From Veleropilina oligotropha (lineage: Eukaryota): a DNA stretch of 64,000 nucleotides. The stretch is taken from positions 248,001 through 312,000 of the forward strand of contig JBEUKZ010000068.1 of assembly GCA_048128005.1 (NCBI GenBank). The letters run 5' to 3'. The translations under genes were made by a program, and so were the position numbers. Below, in pieces: positions 31,801-46,800 of the stretch. Within the stretch, counting starts at the first letter, position 1, and each line of letters begins with the position of its first letter. The notes beneath the pieces were generated by a model. It made no database searches. It was not told the DNA's origin and worked only from the letters and a program-made list of their open reading frames with translations.

Positions 31801-34800
31801 TTGATTTAAATAATTCTTGCGACATGGCGATGTGAGACTAAAATCGTAGAATATAACAGCTCTGATTTGTTTTTAATGTTAATTCATATAATTATTGGAG
31901 TCTTGATTCTTGACACAACTGAAAAAGTATAGTGATGATAAATATCTTTCAATGCGGTTGAATGCGGATTGTTTCCTAAACGTTGTTTTTGCATTGATTT
32001 TCTATAAAGTTCCCCTCTAACATGATTATTAACTGCAAAGATACTTACGTCCTTACTAATGCCATAATGGCCCCATTATCGCTAAACCGGAAACACGTGA
32101 GAATGACGTATTTTCACCATTTACAAAATTACCTCCCCTTTCCATCACCCTCTCCCGAAGTTCCCAATCGAACAGAAGAGCAGACATCCTGGCCTCCCAA
32201 TGGAGTGCGCTGCTGATCATCAAGTTAATTCAATAGTCTCCGACCCTAAGACCAGACGTGTCTTGAGTTGTCAGAATTTATAAATAATTTCTTGCGATAT
32301 AACTGTTGGAATACCAAGGAATATATCTGATATTGAACTCTCAAGTGTGATTGTGAGATACGAGAAGTGGATCGCCTGTTTCGTACACGAAAAAGGACGA
32401 TTAGTGTGGTGGAAAAGTGCTTGGTCTGAGGAAGAATTTCCCACGTGGTGGCTGCCATCTTGAATATCTACAAAGAAGTAGACGATATCAACAAAGTTGG
32501 AAGTGACCGCCCAGAGGGACCGTTCCTGTCAGCAGCAGCTAAGCTAGAATAAGCTTTTCTATCACTGTTCATTGTTGTTCTTATATGCATTGATTCGTAA
32601 TTATATTATGTAATCTTTCTGTATATTTTGAATAATTCACTAGAGACGTTTTGCTTGCTAAAAACGAATTTTGAAAATTTGTGTACGTCTCTAGCAAGGC
32701 GGATTTCTGACTCAAATTATTTCGATCAAATCTGCCTATCATGAGATAACTGGCTAAATCGCTAACAACCCTTGGTCCGGGGGAGGCTACCTTGGAAAAC
32801 GCGCCCAGCGCGTTTTCCAAAATTGAACAGAGCCCCCTCCCGTTGTTTCCGACTTATCTAAGTAGGTTTAGGTAAAAAGGTCTGTACGCTGGTTTCTCAT
32901 TTTTTGGGTCGAGATATATATTATCCTTATCCTGTCTTACTCAGCTTCGAGTAAGAAACACTCTCGGAAGTAAATACTCCGATGGTGTTGTAGTTCCGAG
33001 CGGTTACGCTCATTGTGACAACCTACCTGATATAGATAGTTTCCGTCCCTTACCACTCCGTTTTTTCCGTGGACCATGGGCAGGTGTACCTACCCAGCGT
33101 GTAAACATTAAGGAGCTTTGAGGCAAATCTACTTATGGGCTTGCTAATGCCATAAACGTACCGCTTGTCTCTACAAAGTTTACCATATGTTTCCTGCATC
33201 GTATTTGTGTGGTTGGAACCCAAGACGATATCCATGTAACCATGTGCAATTTCACGGAAAAACAGTGGACACGCATCGACCCGGACCGGAAAATGCAGAC
33301 CAAATGCTACAGTCCTCCGGGTCCAGAAGATAGGGTGAGTACGCTAATTCTCAAATTCTTCTACTTCAGGGGTGCTGGCAGTCGATCCAACCCGAGCTAG
33401 GACCGACGCCGTTTCTCCATGCTCCACCGCGACCCGCGATTGTCGCAGGGACCCGAGAAACACGGGTGATTCAGGTAAAAAGTGCCCGAGAGCACGTCCC
33501 TCCTCGGACAAACGGCGCCACCCAACATGCCTCGCTGGACTGCGAGACAGACCGGGCAGAGCAGCCACTGTCATGGGCAAATCTGGTGCCGCCCGACTTG
33601 CCTCACTGGCCAGCGAGACAGACCGGGAAGTTGCACGGAAATGCCCAGGGTGGTCAGTCCTCTACCTCCTCACCGGCCCCGGTGATGAGGACTGACGATC
33701 CCTCACTCAAAATCTCAGAGCCTACCAGGTCCTTGATTGACCCTACCGCTCTGAGACGCTGAGTGTAAAAGGTGACACAATTGCCGAGCCCTGCTATCGC
33801 AGCAGTGTGCCGGACGGTCACCGAAACTCGTCCCGACGTCCCGCATTGAGACCGCGACCCGAGAGGGTCCCTACTTCGATGCGGGAGCTCACGTCGCCGA
33901 CGTAGGGCCCGCTAACGACCGATGCTACTACGGTAGCCTCTCAACTGGAAGCGTGGACGGTTTAGATGCGTTGAGAGGTCCTACAGAGTAACCCCTGACC
34001 GATCAAGCCTAGCGGTGAACCAGTACGTGTCTTGGCCAGGACAGTACGGGGCACTCGCAGGGTTCAACTCGCCTTCAGGCTCGTTGTCCACCAGCGGCCG
34101 CTACGCAGGGTATCACGGACCTCGGTTCGTTGACCCAGCATATGCATCTAGACCCACTAGCGCCACGGTAACCTCGACAGAACCACCGGCTGTTGGTTCA
34201 CCGCCGTCATGCCTACCCTCTCTATAGAGACCGTAGGAGCAATGACTACGGCGGAGTGCGAGGCCCAACGTAGAAGCTGGACTGCTCCGCAGTTCCACCA
34301 GCCTTCTACCACTCTGACCGAGGCGCAGAGCAGGGTTCCAACCCGAGAGATGGCAGCCGACACTCGTCCGCGACGCCACTCGTGCCGATCTCCCTGAGTC
34401 GGTCGGCCCTGAGACTCCCGTCTCACAGGCACCTTGGAACCCATCTCCACCACCCACAGACCGCGAGAAGCAATGCTATCGCTACGTGGGGTGCTTGACC
34501 TGCCGGCTATCACCGATACCGTCAGTCAGGAAGGCGGCACACTGCTTACTGAGTCGGAAGCTTCGCTTCCCGTACTCCCCCGGTCTAGACTGGTCGACCT
34601 CGCCTTTGATAGGAAGACCCGGTCTATTCGGGACAGTAAAGCAGTGGAGACCCCCGCTCACACCGTATCATCGCGACACGGTAGCGGTAGGTGCTCCGGG
34701 CTCAAAGGGATCTTATCGATCACTTACAGCAGTCCGTGCCTGGTGACTGAGCGGCACAGATAGCGCGCCGCCGGACCGTCAGTCTCACTCCCTCGTCGGC

Positions 34801-37800
34801 GAAGGCTTCATGGGAAGCCTCCGAGAGCCCTGCCCGACGGACTCTACGACAGTCGTGTCAAATCCACCCAGGGCTCGTTCCTGGATGGTGCGACTGCCGT
34901 CCTTAGCAAGATGACCCCGGTCATTCCTGCACGAGGTTGACACCGCCGTGGAGAACAGTGCGTTGGAACCGCTCGTGCTTATCTGCTTACTAATGCCATA
35001 ACGAACGAGCGAGCGAGAAGGCCGGTTGGCACCCGGATGCCACGACCAACTCGAAGAAGCGCGAGGCCCCCGATGGGGGCTTCAGAGCTTCTAAGCGTGC
35101 AAGGGTACGGACGGGCAGCCTTATACAGCAGTCAAGGCCCGTCAACACCACCGCACCTCCAACGATGCCCCGTCAGAGCGGGAGAGGGAAGTCGCCTCGG
35201 CTCTAGTGTTGCCGGCACTCGCGGCGGATCCAGCTCGACGCTCCCGCCGGTGGGAGCGGGTCTGTTAACCCCCAGCCAGCCATGGCGGGCGGTGACAGAC
35301 GGCAGCGGGGTCCGCTCTGTCGTGAGTACCGGATACTAACACTGGCACCTACCCTAACCGAGGCACCACCACCAAGACATGCTCGCCCCCGACAGTTACG
35401 AGACATCAGGCCCTTGGCCGGAGGAACTACGGGGACGACACTTCACTCTCTAGAGTTCGACACTGTCTTCCTTCAGTTCAGCTTTCTCAGACTGTCAATA
35501 CTTACGTTCAACACCAGGGCGGAACACGCTCGAGCACTTTGTGCACCCGAGCCCTAGACTACACCGCTTAGTGATGTCCCTCAACTCGACGATACGAGCA
35601 CGACACATCCCGGGAATATTGAACGCCCGAGCGACACGCTCTCTCGGAAATCGCAGATTCTATCTACAGAGTGAACGCTACACAGCCGAGTAGCGAGGGA
35701 CGTCTGTCACAGGTGGTCACAGCCCCTAGTCGATCTGTTTGTAAACAGAGTTAAAGTACCGACTCCCTCTGTAAGTATCCCCCTATCCGGACCCGGCAGC
35801 CCTGTCATTCGACGCGCTGTCCACGCCATGGGAGAATCTGTCCGCGTATGCACCCGTCGTGTATTCTACAACTACGGAAGGCATCGCAGGAACGTTGCGA
35901 CCTCACGCTGATAGCTCCGCTGAGACGATCACAACCATGGTTTCCGACCCTCCTCGATCTGATCATCGACAAACCGCTGTGAATACAGACCCGAGCGGCC
36001 TGCACTACACGCTTGGCATTATCGAACGATCCCTGCTTAAGAAAGACTTTTCTACAGCAATCGCCCGTCGCATCTACCTATCGAGGAGACAATCTACGGC
36101 CCGAGTCTATGACTACAGATGGTAAAATCTACGTGGATTGTTGTGACAGCCGGTCGGTCAATATACTCCGACCAGCTATAACCGACTTCATCGAGTTTTT
36201 GTCAACGTTATTCGAACGAGGACTATCAACCTCAGCGGTCAAAGGATACCGGGCCCCATAGCGACTACGCTTCGGCAATGCCGGGCCCGTGGTTTCCCTT
36301 CTACTGACCGCACGATATCAGACTTCCTACGCTCGTATGAAATCGATCTACCCCGTTCGCTGGTGGCCACCAGCCTGGAACATGGTCTTAATCCTGAATG
36401 CTCTACTACGACCGCCCTACGACCTATGAGTGATATATCTCTCTAGCTACTTACCTACAAGTCGTTGTTCCTCATCGCCTTGGCATCGGGCAAGCGGTCC
36501 TCGGAAATCCATAGCTTTCAGCAGAGCATCTGTGCGCCCGGCGTTTTACGTACGACCAGACCGAAGTCGGGAGCACCTCTCCTTCCCGACCCGCTAACTT
36601 TCCGAGCGAGTTATCCCAGGATTACTGGTTTAATTAAATTCGCGGTTAGGATTAGATTTAATCTCATGAAGATCTTATCTGAGCGGGTCACTCGAATCAA
36701 CGCTTCAGGCTGATTCCGGAAGGTGTAAGTACATATAATCTAGATTATAGGGTTATGGTTTATTAGTTTGATACACTAGAACTTAGCCCGCCTATCCAAG
36801 ATTATTCTGGCATTAGTAAGGACGTAAGTATCTTTGCAGTTAATAAGAGGATTAAGGGTAATCCTAGTATTAACAATAAGATACTTACGTCCTTACTCGT
36901 GTTGCCCTCCCATGCGCTGCACACGCATTTTTCCTCCCCTCTCTAAGTTCGTTTTGCTATGGTTACCTCGACTATTGAATTGACTTGATGATCAGCAGCG
37001 CACTCCATTGGGAGGCCAGGATGTCTGCTCTTCTGTTCGATTGGGAACTTCGGGAGAGGGTGATGGAAAGGGGAGGTAATTTTGTAAATGGTGAAAATAC
37101 GTCATTCTCACGTGTTTCCGGTTTAGCGATAATGGGGCCATTATGGCATTAGTAAGGACGTAAGTATCTTATTGTTAATACTAGGATTACCCTTAATCCC
37201 CTTATAAACCACCAAAATTGAATGCAAAATGCTTTTGTGATGTTTTGTGACTAAGTAACATCTATGAAAAAGAAATTTAAACATTTCTTTCCTAATAAAT
37301 TAAAAGTAGTTTAAAATAGCCTTTTGATGAAATCATTTGAGTTAATATGGTTAAGAAATGGAGTAGTGAACAAATAGCAAATTTTCCTTATAAATACTAA
37401 ATGACATCAACATTTGGCAATTAATTGACGTGTGCAATGTTTCATCGTGATGGCACAATAGTATAATTTATAACAGCCTTTCCTGAAAGGCCTTTAACGG
37501 AGATTGCCTGCCTCGGTTTGAGAAGCAAAGCTACATTTACTGATGCCATAAGCTTTATGGCTTGAAATACTGCAGCTGGTTGAAAATGTTTGTAAAAGAT
37601 AATACAGTAAAGTACCATAACAATTTATGTGTTTGTGATGAAATTGTATTTTATATTTGCCTTTCATGTAAGTTTGTTCACTGGGGTGTTATTAATATGC
37701 TCAAAGACATTAAAATTTGCGACTTATTTGATGCTTAATATTACAGGACTGATGCCACAGATGATGATGGTTCTTTGGGACGTTTGCTAAATGATGATCA

Positions 37801-40800
37801 TATCAGACCAAACTGCATCGCAAAAGCAATTGAAAGTGACCCCCTCCCACGGGTTGCATTCTTTGCTTTGATGGATATAGAATATGGGGAAGAACTTCGC
37901 TATTGTTATGGCTCTAAGCATTCTTCTTATCCCTGGCGTGAGAAGGTACATGTAGTTAAAATTAGTTTTCTAGCAGTTGCTGGCTGCCCTGTTTGATAAT
38001 GCTGATATTAAAATACATTACATTATTTAATACATTTATATAGCACTTATTTTTTTATAGCTCTAAGCACATTACATGCTATAGCTATGGCAAAAATACA
38101 AAATACAAAGAATATACATGCAAGAAAATATATCAACTTCTATCAAGCCAGCAGATAATAAAAGTAAGAACAAAATAATAAAAATAAAATGCACTATAAA
38201 ATATAAAAAAAACAATAGTTGTGACGCAAGGATCTAATTAAATTTAACAACATCAGGATGATCAACTTCATCTAAATGCAATTGAACGTCACAAGCGAGT
38301 AGAATATGTTCATGGGAATCGGATGCATTGACAAGAAATTTAAAGAAGTCATCCATAAATTGAGCCGCATTACTACCATGGGAATCGGGTCTGTACAGTG
38401 TACAGATACAAATTGTTTTGCCTCTCATTGATAGAATTATTTCAATAGCCTCAAAGATATTGTACTTACCAGATGTCATTTTCTACCATTTCTTGGCTTA
38501 ATGGCTTACATTATGTGGTTAAACATTTCATGTCTCTAGTATTATTTGAAAATTCTGTATCAGCCAGAAATTTAATTTGTATCTTGTGTCAAATAATCAT
38601 GTTTATATATTGTTGTAATGGAAAAGTTTACAGTCTTAGTGATAAATATGTTTCTTTCTTGACAGCAATCAAGAAAGGTGGAAAGGTGAGTTTGTTCAGA
38701 TCAGTGTCTACCTCAGCACTTGCTTTTGACAAAAGTCTTTGTATATGTTACTGTAAAATTGATTTTTGCTCAGCAAAAAATGTTTGACGTCTTGGCTCAT
38801 CACAACAGTAGAATTGAATCATTATTCAAGTTGCAACCTCACTTTCTCAAATTCCTAAATACCTTTGGAACGTATAAGAAACACGTTTATTGTAATGAGA
38901 AAACTCATTTCGGGTTTATATTTAGCTTCCCCTTATTGTTATTATGAAGTATGGAGAGTAATCATAAATGGGCCGACACAGTAATGTCAAATGGGACAAC
39001 ATGACGTGAAACGGGAAGAATTTTGTATATATTTCAATAAGGATTTTGAAACGAAACCAACGATTTTCATTGCCGTGATATTGTGTCGACGGTTTATATA
39101 GCCAAGGGATAATTATGAAATATAGATGTACCTACTCCCCTACAATCACACGATTGCATGAGATTGTTTTTGAAAATAGGCACCTTAATCCCATCCTTTC
39201 ATTATGAGAGAAGGTCATTAGAAGTTAACAGTCAAGTAATAATGACCTAATGTTCGTACACTTTTTGTACATTCTTCATTGGGGTGAAGAGGGGCCGCAC
39301 CGACAGTCGTGTGGGCTCTAGTGCCGACTCTGATTTCACTGCTTGATTCCCCTAACTAACAGTAGTGGGTTCGATGCTCGGTTGGGACATTATTATGAAT
39401 CACAGTTGTCCGTAATTGGTCGGAGAGAGCAAGTTTAACTGGGGGGCCGGGGTTTCCTCTCGTGATAATATGGACATGTCCTGCTTTGAACCTGATGGTT
39501 GTAAATATACAGGACATTATGCATGATCGAAGAATGTAGACTTGGTCAGATTGTAGACCTATACATGTATAATATAATAGTTTTGTGCTATTCTTTTTTC
39601 ATGTCCTTGCACATTTATCACTCTATTCCTTAGAAGAAATATTCCCTGAAGATTTTGTCATGCAGTACTTTAAGTTTCTGTGTACTCATACCTGTGTACT
39701 TATCATATGTACCGATATTAATTAAGTGAGAAAAAACGCTATAATGTTCTTCCTGTCAACTTGACCTGCCTTAATTGGCATATCCAAGTGACCATAATCA
39801 GAAAAATCGATAAGCACTGTTCTGTTTGATATTTTTAGTAAGTCAGTGCCTCTTTAATAAAGAAAGCAGTATAATACCAATTTTGTGACATTAACTTTTG
39901 TTGTTTTAGAATAAAAATATTGAAGTTGGAGGACCTAACGTTCTGCGGACTGTACAAGGTATTTATTATATGTTAATCTGTATTTTGATGTTGGCATGGT
40001 TAATGTGATTGTTCCCGGTTGCATGTTATTTTTAAGGAAATGTCTTGTTATGTTTACTTATGATAAAAAGAGTCCAATGAACATCAAACTAGCAATCTTA
40101 CATTTTGTTGATTGTTTCTTTAAACCACTGCTTTGCACGTTTGGGTTATGTTTTTAAGGGCAATATGTTTTTTCTAGGAAGGATAGGTTTTATCCATTCT
40201 CGCACAGAGTACTTTGCAGTGTGACTAAATTCCCCTGTTTGAGTACTGTATATATGTATTTGTTGAATTTCAATTAGCACATGTATTCCCATTGGCTGAC
40301 TTGATGGAAAGATGTGATTTTCAGTGAAACTGGGTACATGTAGATTTGTGAAGGTTTACCCGGCTATACATGACATTACTGAGTTAGTCATAACATTTGC
40401 ATTATATCCATCTTGCATTTGATGCAATATACAGAACGTGTATTATTGAGCAGAATCCACTCAAGGAATGCCTTGATGTAATTGTCTGAAGGAATATACA
40501 AGTTTCTACATTTGACACTTTCTAAGTTTCATTCACGTATGCAACTGTTTTGCACATTGAAAAGAACTTGTCAGTTTGACCATATATAATCTGATTAACG
40601 AGCGACTCATCTTTTGTGTGAAGTTCAGAATTTCTCTCATATCAACAGAGATCGACACGACCAGGTAAATGGATTGTTGAACATAGAATATTGAGTTGTT
40701 TTGTTTTTGAAAGTCTAACCTGTTTCATGTTCATTAACTGACCGGCTTTCGTGGCTTTGCCTCGTTTCTTGTTATAGAATGTTCCCATATGGATTTTGTA

Positions 40801-43800
40801 CATGTGTCCTCATTTATATTTTTGTCTTTTATGGAATGTCCTCATTTAGATTGTGTCTTCTTATTAGCCCACCATCATCAGGTAGTGGGCTTATGGAAGT
40901 AGTTGTGCACCATGTGTTTTTAAAGTAATTGTGCAAATTTTCATATTAAATATGCCACTCATTTGAAATTATATCTTATCACTATTTCTGTGAAACTGTT
41001 TTGGCTATGTTTCTGAAATTTAGTATTCAGGTTTTAATGCATCATTTCCATATTCAAAATGGCTGCCCGACATCCATCTTGAATGTTGACTTCAAAGTTG
41101 ATTGTTGCTATTCCCATAAAATTGCCTGAAGGATCATTCTCAAATCTGGTATACACCCCGACATTCAGATACCTTTAGGTACCTCTTGGTATTGAAGATC
41201 CTCGCTTGGATTGTGTCTTCCTATTATGGAATGTCCTCATTTGGATTGGATCTATCTTCTTATTATGGAATGTCCTCATTTGGATTGCGTGTTCATATTT
41301 AAGGAATGATCTCTTTAGGATTTGTGTGTTTGTGGATGGTCCTCATTTGGATTGTGCATTCGGAATGTCCTCATTTGAATTCACACCACTGAATGAAGTT
41401 TCAGAGATTAATATATTTGATACCCAATGAGTGAAGAGAAACTAAACTGAATCATGCATGTGTGCACTGCCAGTGCATCAAGTAATTTGCTAATAATGAT
41501 ATATTCATTGAGAACGGTACGTTCAGTTATTAAATTACAAAATAATTGTAGGCTGAAAGCTAAACATGACAGAAATGCGAAAGCTGTGAATCTTTTACTT
41601 AGTTGGATAAATAATGTTTACATTTCCGCCCGACCGAAATCCTGGAGGGGGGCTTGGAAATAACAGTTCATTTCCGGACAAGAACCCAGAACGCTTGCAC
41701 CAATTTTCTTCAAATTTGGACATTTGTTAGACACAGGGAAGAAGTAGATTGGGATTGCTTTTCACTTATGAGTGTAATTAAATAATGCTGCCACAGTTAT
41801 CTTGGATTTTCACCTGCTGTTCACATTTTCACTTTACATCTACAGAATGTATTTTAAATAGCCTAGGATTATAATTAAAGTGCTTTTTATCGCCTTTACA
41901 AATTTTGGTCAACTGCTATTGTCTTCGCATGACCGAACATCAGACAGTCTGTCAGCTAAGAAACTCAAAAACGGATTTATCTGGATTCCTTACTTTTGTA
42001 AGATTTCTTATCCAGTGACCTAAGAAACATATATACATTTTTCGATATCAGACCTTTTTTCACAGTTTTATGCCCCTTCATGGACCTCAATTATAAAATA
42101 TACAGAATTAAATATCTTCAAGACATGCCCTTTTATTATGTTCTGCTCTGTTGATTATGCTTCCTCCCCTAGAGGCTTGCTGTGACACCTTACATAGTAT
42201 TGCATGTTCGCCATCTTTAAAGTTCTTTTTTTGGCGATTGCTCTGCACACGTTTGATAGATTCAGCTGACACTTGAAGGACAGATTCCTTGCCCCGAGAT
42301 CACCATTGGGATTGCACGTCGGGCGTGTCTGCCCATGGGTGGCTCCACTAGGTAGTCATTTTTAAATTTTCCACGTCTGATTCTGACTGATCCAACCTGA
42401 ACTGGGTAAGCAGATACCTTGCCCTGAAGCCTCTCTCTTGGGATGTCATCATCTCCTAAACACCTTCAGCTAGAATCGCTAAATTTACTGAGGTTTCTGA
42501 TGAAGTGACTCTTCAGGAGCCTATCAAAATTCTCGGACCATTTTTAATGGAGTTATGCCCATTATGGACCTTAATTATATAATATAATATGCATTTAAAA
42601 TATCCAATACATGCCCATATATCAAGTTCCACTCTGTTGATTAAGCTTCCTTCCTAGGGCCAGTATCATGTATAAATGCAGTGTCTTGTTTATAGTGCAT
42701 TATGCAATTTTATTACACAGTGATTGCACTGTGAAAGGAAAATCTAAAGAGTTGAACACTTAAGAGTAATTGTCATTTAAGTTACTCTCAGTGCTTCCAC
42801 CTGTGGGAGACATGGACATCTCTGATCTAATTTGCATACTTGGTATATTGTTCTTTAAAAATTATTATTATTTCTGACTAAAGCATTACTGATTTAATTT
42901 ATTAATCCTGTTTCAGAAGAGACAGCTTCTTTGAACACCTCAGAGTCGGGCGATGCATCTATGGTGGACCCCACACCAATTCAGACTATGGCTTCTCAAA
43001 ATGACATCTCCACTGATTCAACTGTGGCAGACCCCACACCAGTCCTGGCTCTGGCTTCTGAAAATGACATCTCCACTGATTCAACCGTGGTGGACCCCAC
43101 ACCAGTCCTGGCTCTGGCTTCTGGAAATGACATCTCCACTGATTCAACCGTGGTGGACCCCACACCAGTCTTGGCTCTGGCTTCTCGATATGACATCTCC
43201 ACTGATTCAACCGTGGTGGACCCCACACCAGTCCTGGCTCTGGCTTCTCGATATGACATCTCCACTGATTCAACTGTGGCAGACCCCACAACAGTCCTAG
43301 CTCTGGCTTCTCGATATGACATCTCTACTGATTCAACTGTGGCAGACCCCACACCAGTTCAGAATCTGGCTCCTCATAATGACATCACCACTGATTCAAC
43401 TGTGGCGGACCCCTCACCAGTCCTGGCTCTGGCTTCTCGATATGACATCTCCACTGATTCAACTGTGGTGGACCCCACACCAGTCCTGGCTCTGGTTTCT
43501 CGAAATGACATCTCTACTGATTCAACTGTGACAGACCCCACACCAGTTCAGAATCTGGCTCCTCATAATGACATCTCCACTGATTCAACTGTGGCGGACC
43601 CCTCACCAGTCCTGGCTCTGGCTTCTCGATATGACATCTCCACTGATTCAACTGTGGCAGACCCCACAACAGTCCTAGCTCTGGCTTCTCGATATGACAT
43701 CTCTACTGATTCAACTGTGGCAGACCCCACACCAGTTCAGAATCTGGCTCCTCATAATGACATCACCACTGATTCAACTGTGGCGGACCCCTCACCAGTC

Positions 43801-46800
43801 CTGGCTCTGGCTTCTCGATATGACATCTCCACTGATTCAACTGTGGTGAAAGATGTCACTCTTTTGGCAAATTACCTGAAAAACAGAGGGAATTCAGCTT
43901 TCAAATTACTTTCAGTCCACGGCGATGATGTTGAATCATGGATGAAGCTTAATGATGTAGCACTAATTCAGATTATCCTGTTCAACCGGCGCAGACAGGG
44001 CGAGGTATCTAAGGCAACAGTGGAAGACTATTCAAAACTGCATAGTACAGCCCAGGATGACATTAACACATCACTTTCATCCCTGGAACAAAAACTTTGC
44101 CTGTTATTCAAAAGGATCGAAATTGTTGGAAAGCGGGGGCGGACTGTTCCCATGATAATTACCCCTCGAGTGAAATCTTGGATCGACCTGTTGCTTGCCA
44201 CGAGGGAGAATGCTGGTGTCCAAAAGGAAAATCTCTTTCTGTTTCCCAGATGCCACTACGGTTCGCTAGGTCATATTAGAGGATCAGATGGCCTGAGGGA
44301 TGCCAGTGAATCCTGTGGGGCAAAATATCCCCAGCTCTTACGATCAACCAAATTACGAAAACAGATAGCAACTTTATCACAAGTACTTAATCTGCAGGAA
44401 AATGAATTAGACATTCTTGCTAACTTTCTTGGCCATGATATACGTGTTCATAGACAATATTATCGTCTTCCCGAAGAAACCATCCAAGTTGCCAAAGTCT
44501 CCAAGTTATTACTGGCTATGGAAAATGGCCAGTTCTCTCAATATCAAGGAAAGTCACTTGACCAGATCACTGTGGATTTAGATGAAGGTAGGCATAGTTG
44601 TATGTGTAACATCACATCTATACACTTACATACATTGGAAAGGAATGGATGGGATTAATTGGATTTACATCACATTATTTAGGAAAAATAGCTGATCAAC
44701 AATTTTTCTTACCCCCACCCTGATACCAGACAATCTTTGTTCCATGTCACAGGCCTCAAACTCATGTAACTATGTAAACCACTTCAACAAGCATTATATA
44801 TGCTGACATTCACCATATCAAATGAAGCTCTTATAATTATAGAAGTGGTTACTTTGGTTTGCATGTAACACGGACCATAAAACAGGCTGCTACTAATAGA
44901 TTATCGAGTTGTAATGGTTTTTGGCTTCCCTTTATTTCGTTGAGCGCAACGTTGAACAGTGTTAAAAATTGTTCTTTCTCAGTCCTCTAATGTCAGTGCA
45001 TGTGATGTGGAGAGCCACTTATAATAACGGTCATAGACTAACGCTAATAATTGTCAGACTGCGTTCGAATATCGCTAGCGACGATTTCCCTTGGGCAAGG
45101 AAATAAGCCACAATTGCTCCGTCTGTTCGGATAGAGACGTTAAACCGGGGGTCCCGACTATGATATAACTGAAAGATTGTTCAAAGTGGTCGTAAAACTA
45201 ACCAACTGAACTGTCCAGACTTTTTAGCAAAACTGGTAATCAATCTTAGTATTGAATTGATTAGCAAAAATTGATTAGCAATATTTTTATTATCTCCATT
45301 CCTGATAGGTGATATATACAGGGTTGAATATCACAGGATCCAGCATGCCTGATTAGTTATTATGCACATTAAATGGACTATAGCTCGTAATTGCGCTCTT
45401 TTTTCATTGAAAAGCAAGTAAACCGCATTACATTTTTCGTTTATAATGCAAAAGTTAGGAATTTTCAATGCTCTTTTGTGAGTAAATTTCTCTTATTTAA
45501 GTTATAATTAATCGCTATTTAAGATTCAAAATATCTTTTTTGCGACCCGCAAAAATTATGCATCGAGATAACTTGATAACACATATTGCTACTTTGTCAG
45601 TAAACAAAGTGGAAGCAAATAAACGTCGTTTACTTCATTTATGCTTAAATTAAATATTAAACACATCGATACGTATTTCACTAAAATATCGTAGATATTA
45701 TCTATGCGGAAATACGAAACTAAACAAGGAAGTAAAGCTTCGGTAAAATGTCGACATTACGAGTAATAGTCACTTTAATATTACAATTCATGATTCAAAC
45801 TAAGTTTTATGTTTACTGTGTTTGGAACAGATGTGGATGTTGCCTTGGCCGATTGTCCAGAAAGTGATTCAGGAGAAACCGATGAAGAGCAGGATGGTAA
45901 CTATCATATATTTTACTGAATGAATGAAACTGTTGACAAATATTCATGCAGCAAGCATACTTAAATATTTTTAAATTAACAGAATATAAGACCATGTTTA
46001 CCTTTTCGTAGTTCATTGATCTTTCTGCAACAATAATTATTATAGTATATTATGCTAAGTGGACATCATGGATACATCATGTTTATCAACATCACTAGTT
46101 TTTAATTTATGATATTTATTTTGAGAAACTGCAGTTACTAATGAATGAGATTACCATTATAAACATTCCTATTACATTTATTTGTTAACTCAACTGGTCG
46201 GTGACAAGTACAGTTTTTATGCCCCCACCAATTTATTGGGGGGGGCATTAAGAGTTACCCTTGTCCGTCCATCCCGAAAACCGGTATTTGCGTGTAAGTA
46301 ACTCCATTCCGCTATAACTTCCATCTGCCTTCATGGATTAACTTGATACTTCATACACTTGCTTATCATCATTGATACTTCACTTCTGCCGCCCATCCAT
46401 GTCGCCCCTATGCCCAAGGTCAAGGTCAAATGACTTAGCTCTTCGGACCAGTATTTACGTGCGAGTAACTCCATTCCGCTATAACTTTCATTTGCCTTCA
46501 TGGATTGACTTCATACTTCATACACTTGCTTACCATCATTGATACTTCGCTTCTGCCACCCATCCATGTCGCCCCTATGCCCAAGGTCAAGGTCAAATGA
46601 CTTAGCTCTTCGGACCAGTATTTGCGTGCGAGTAATTCCATTCCGCTATAACTTTCATCTGCCTTCATGGATTGACTTGATACTTCATACACTTGCTTAC
46701 CATCATTGATACTTCGCTTCTGCCACCCATCCATGTCGCCCCTATGCCCAAGGTCAAGGTCAAATGACTTAGCTCTTCGGACCAGTATTTGCATGCGAGT

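Noticed and set aside
33000..36000. Short GC-rich ORFs inside the DIRS element as genes
   Set aside because: Fragmentary and motif-free; consistent with decayed gag/pol sequence.
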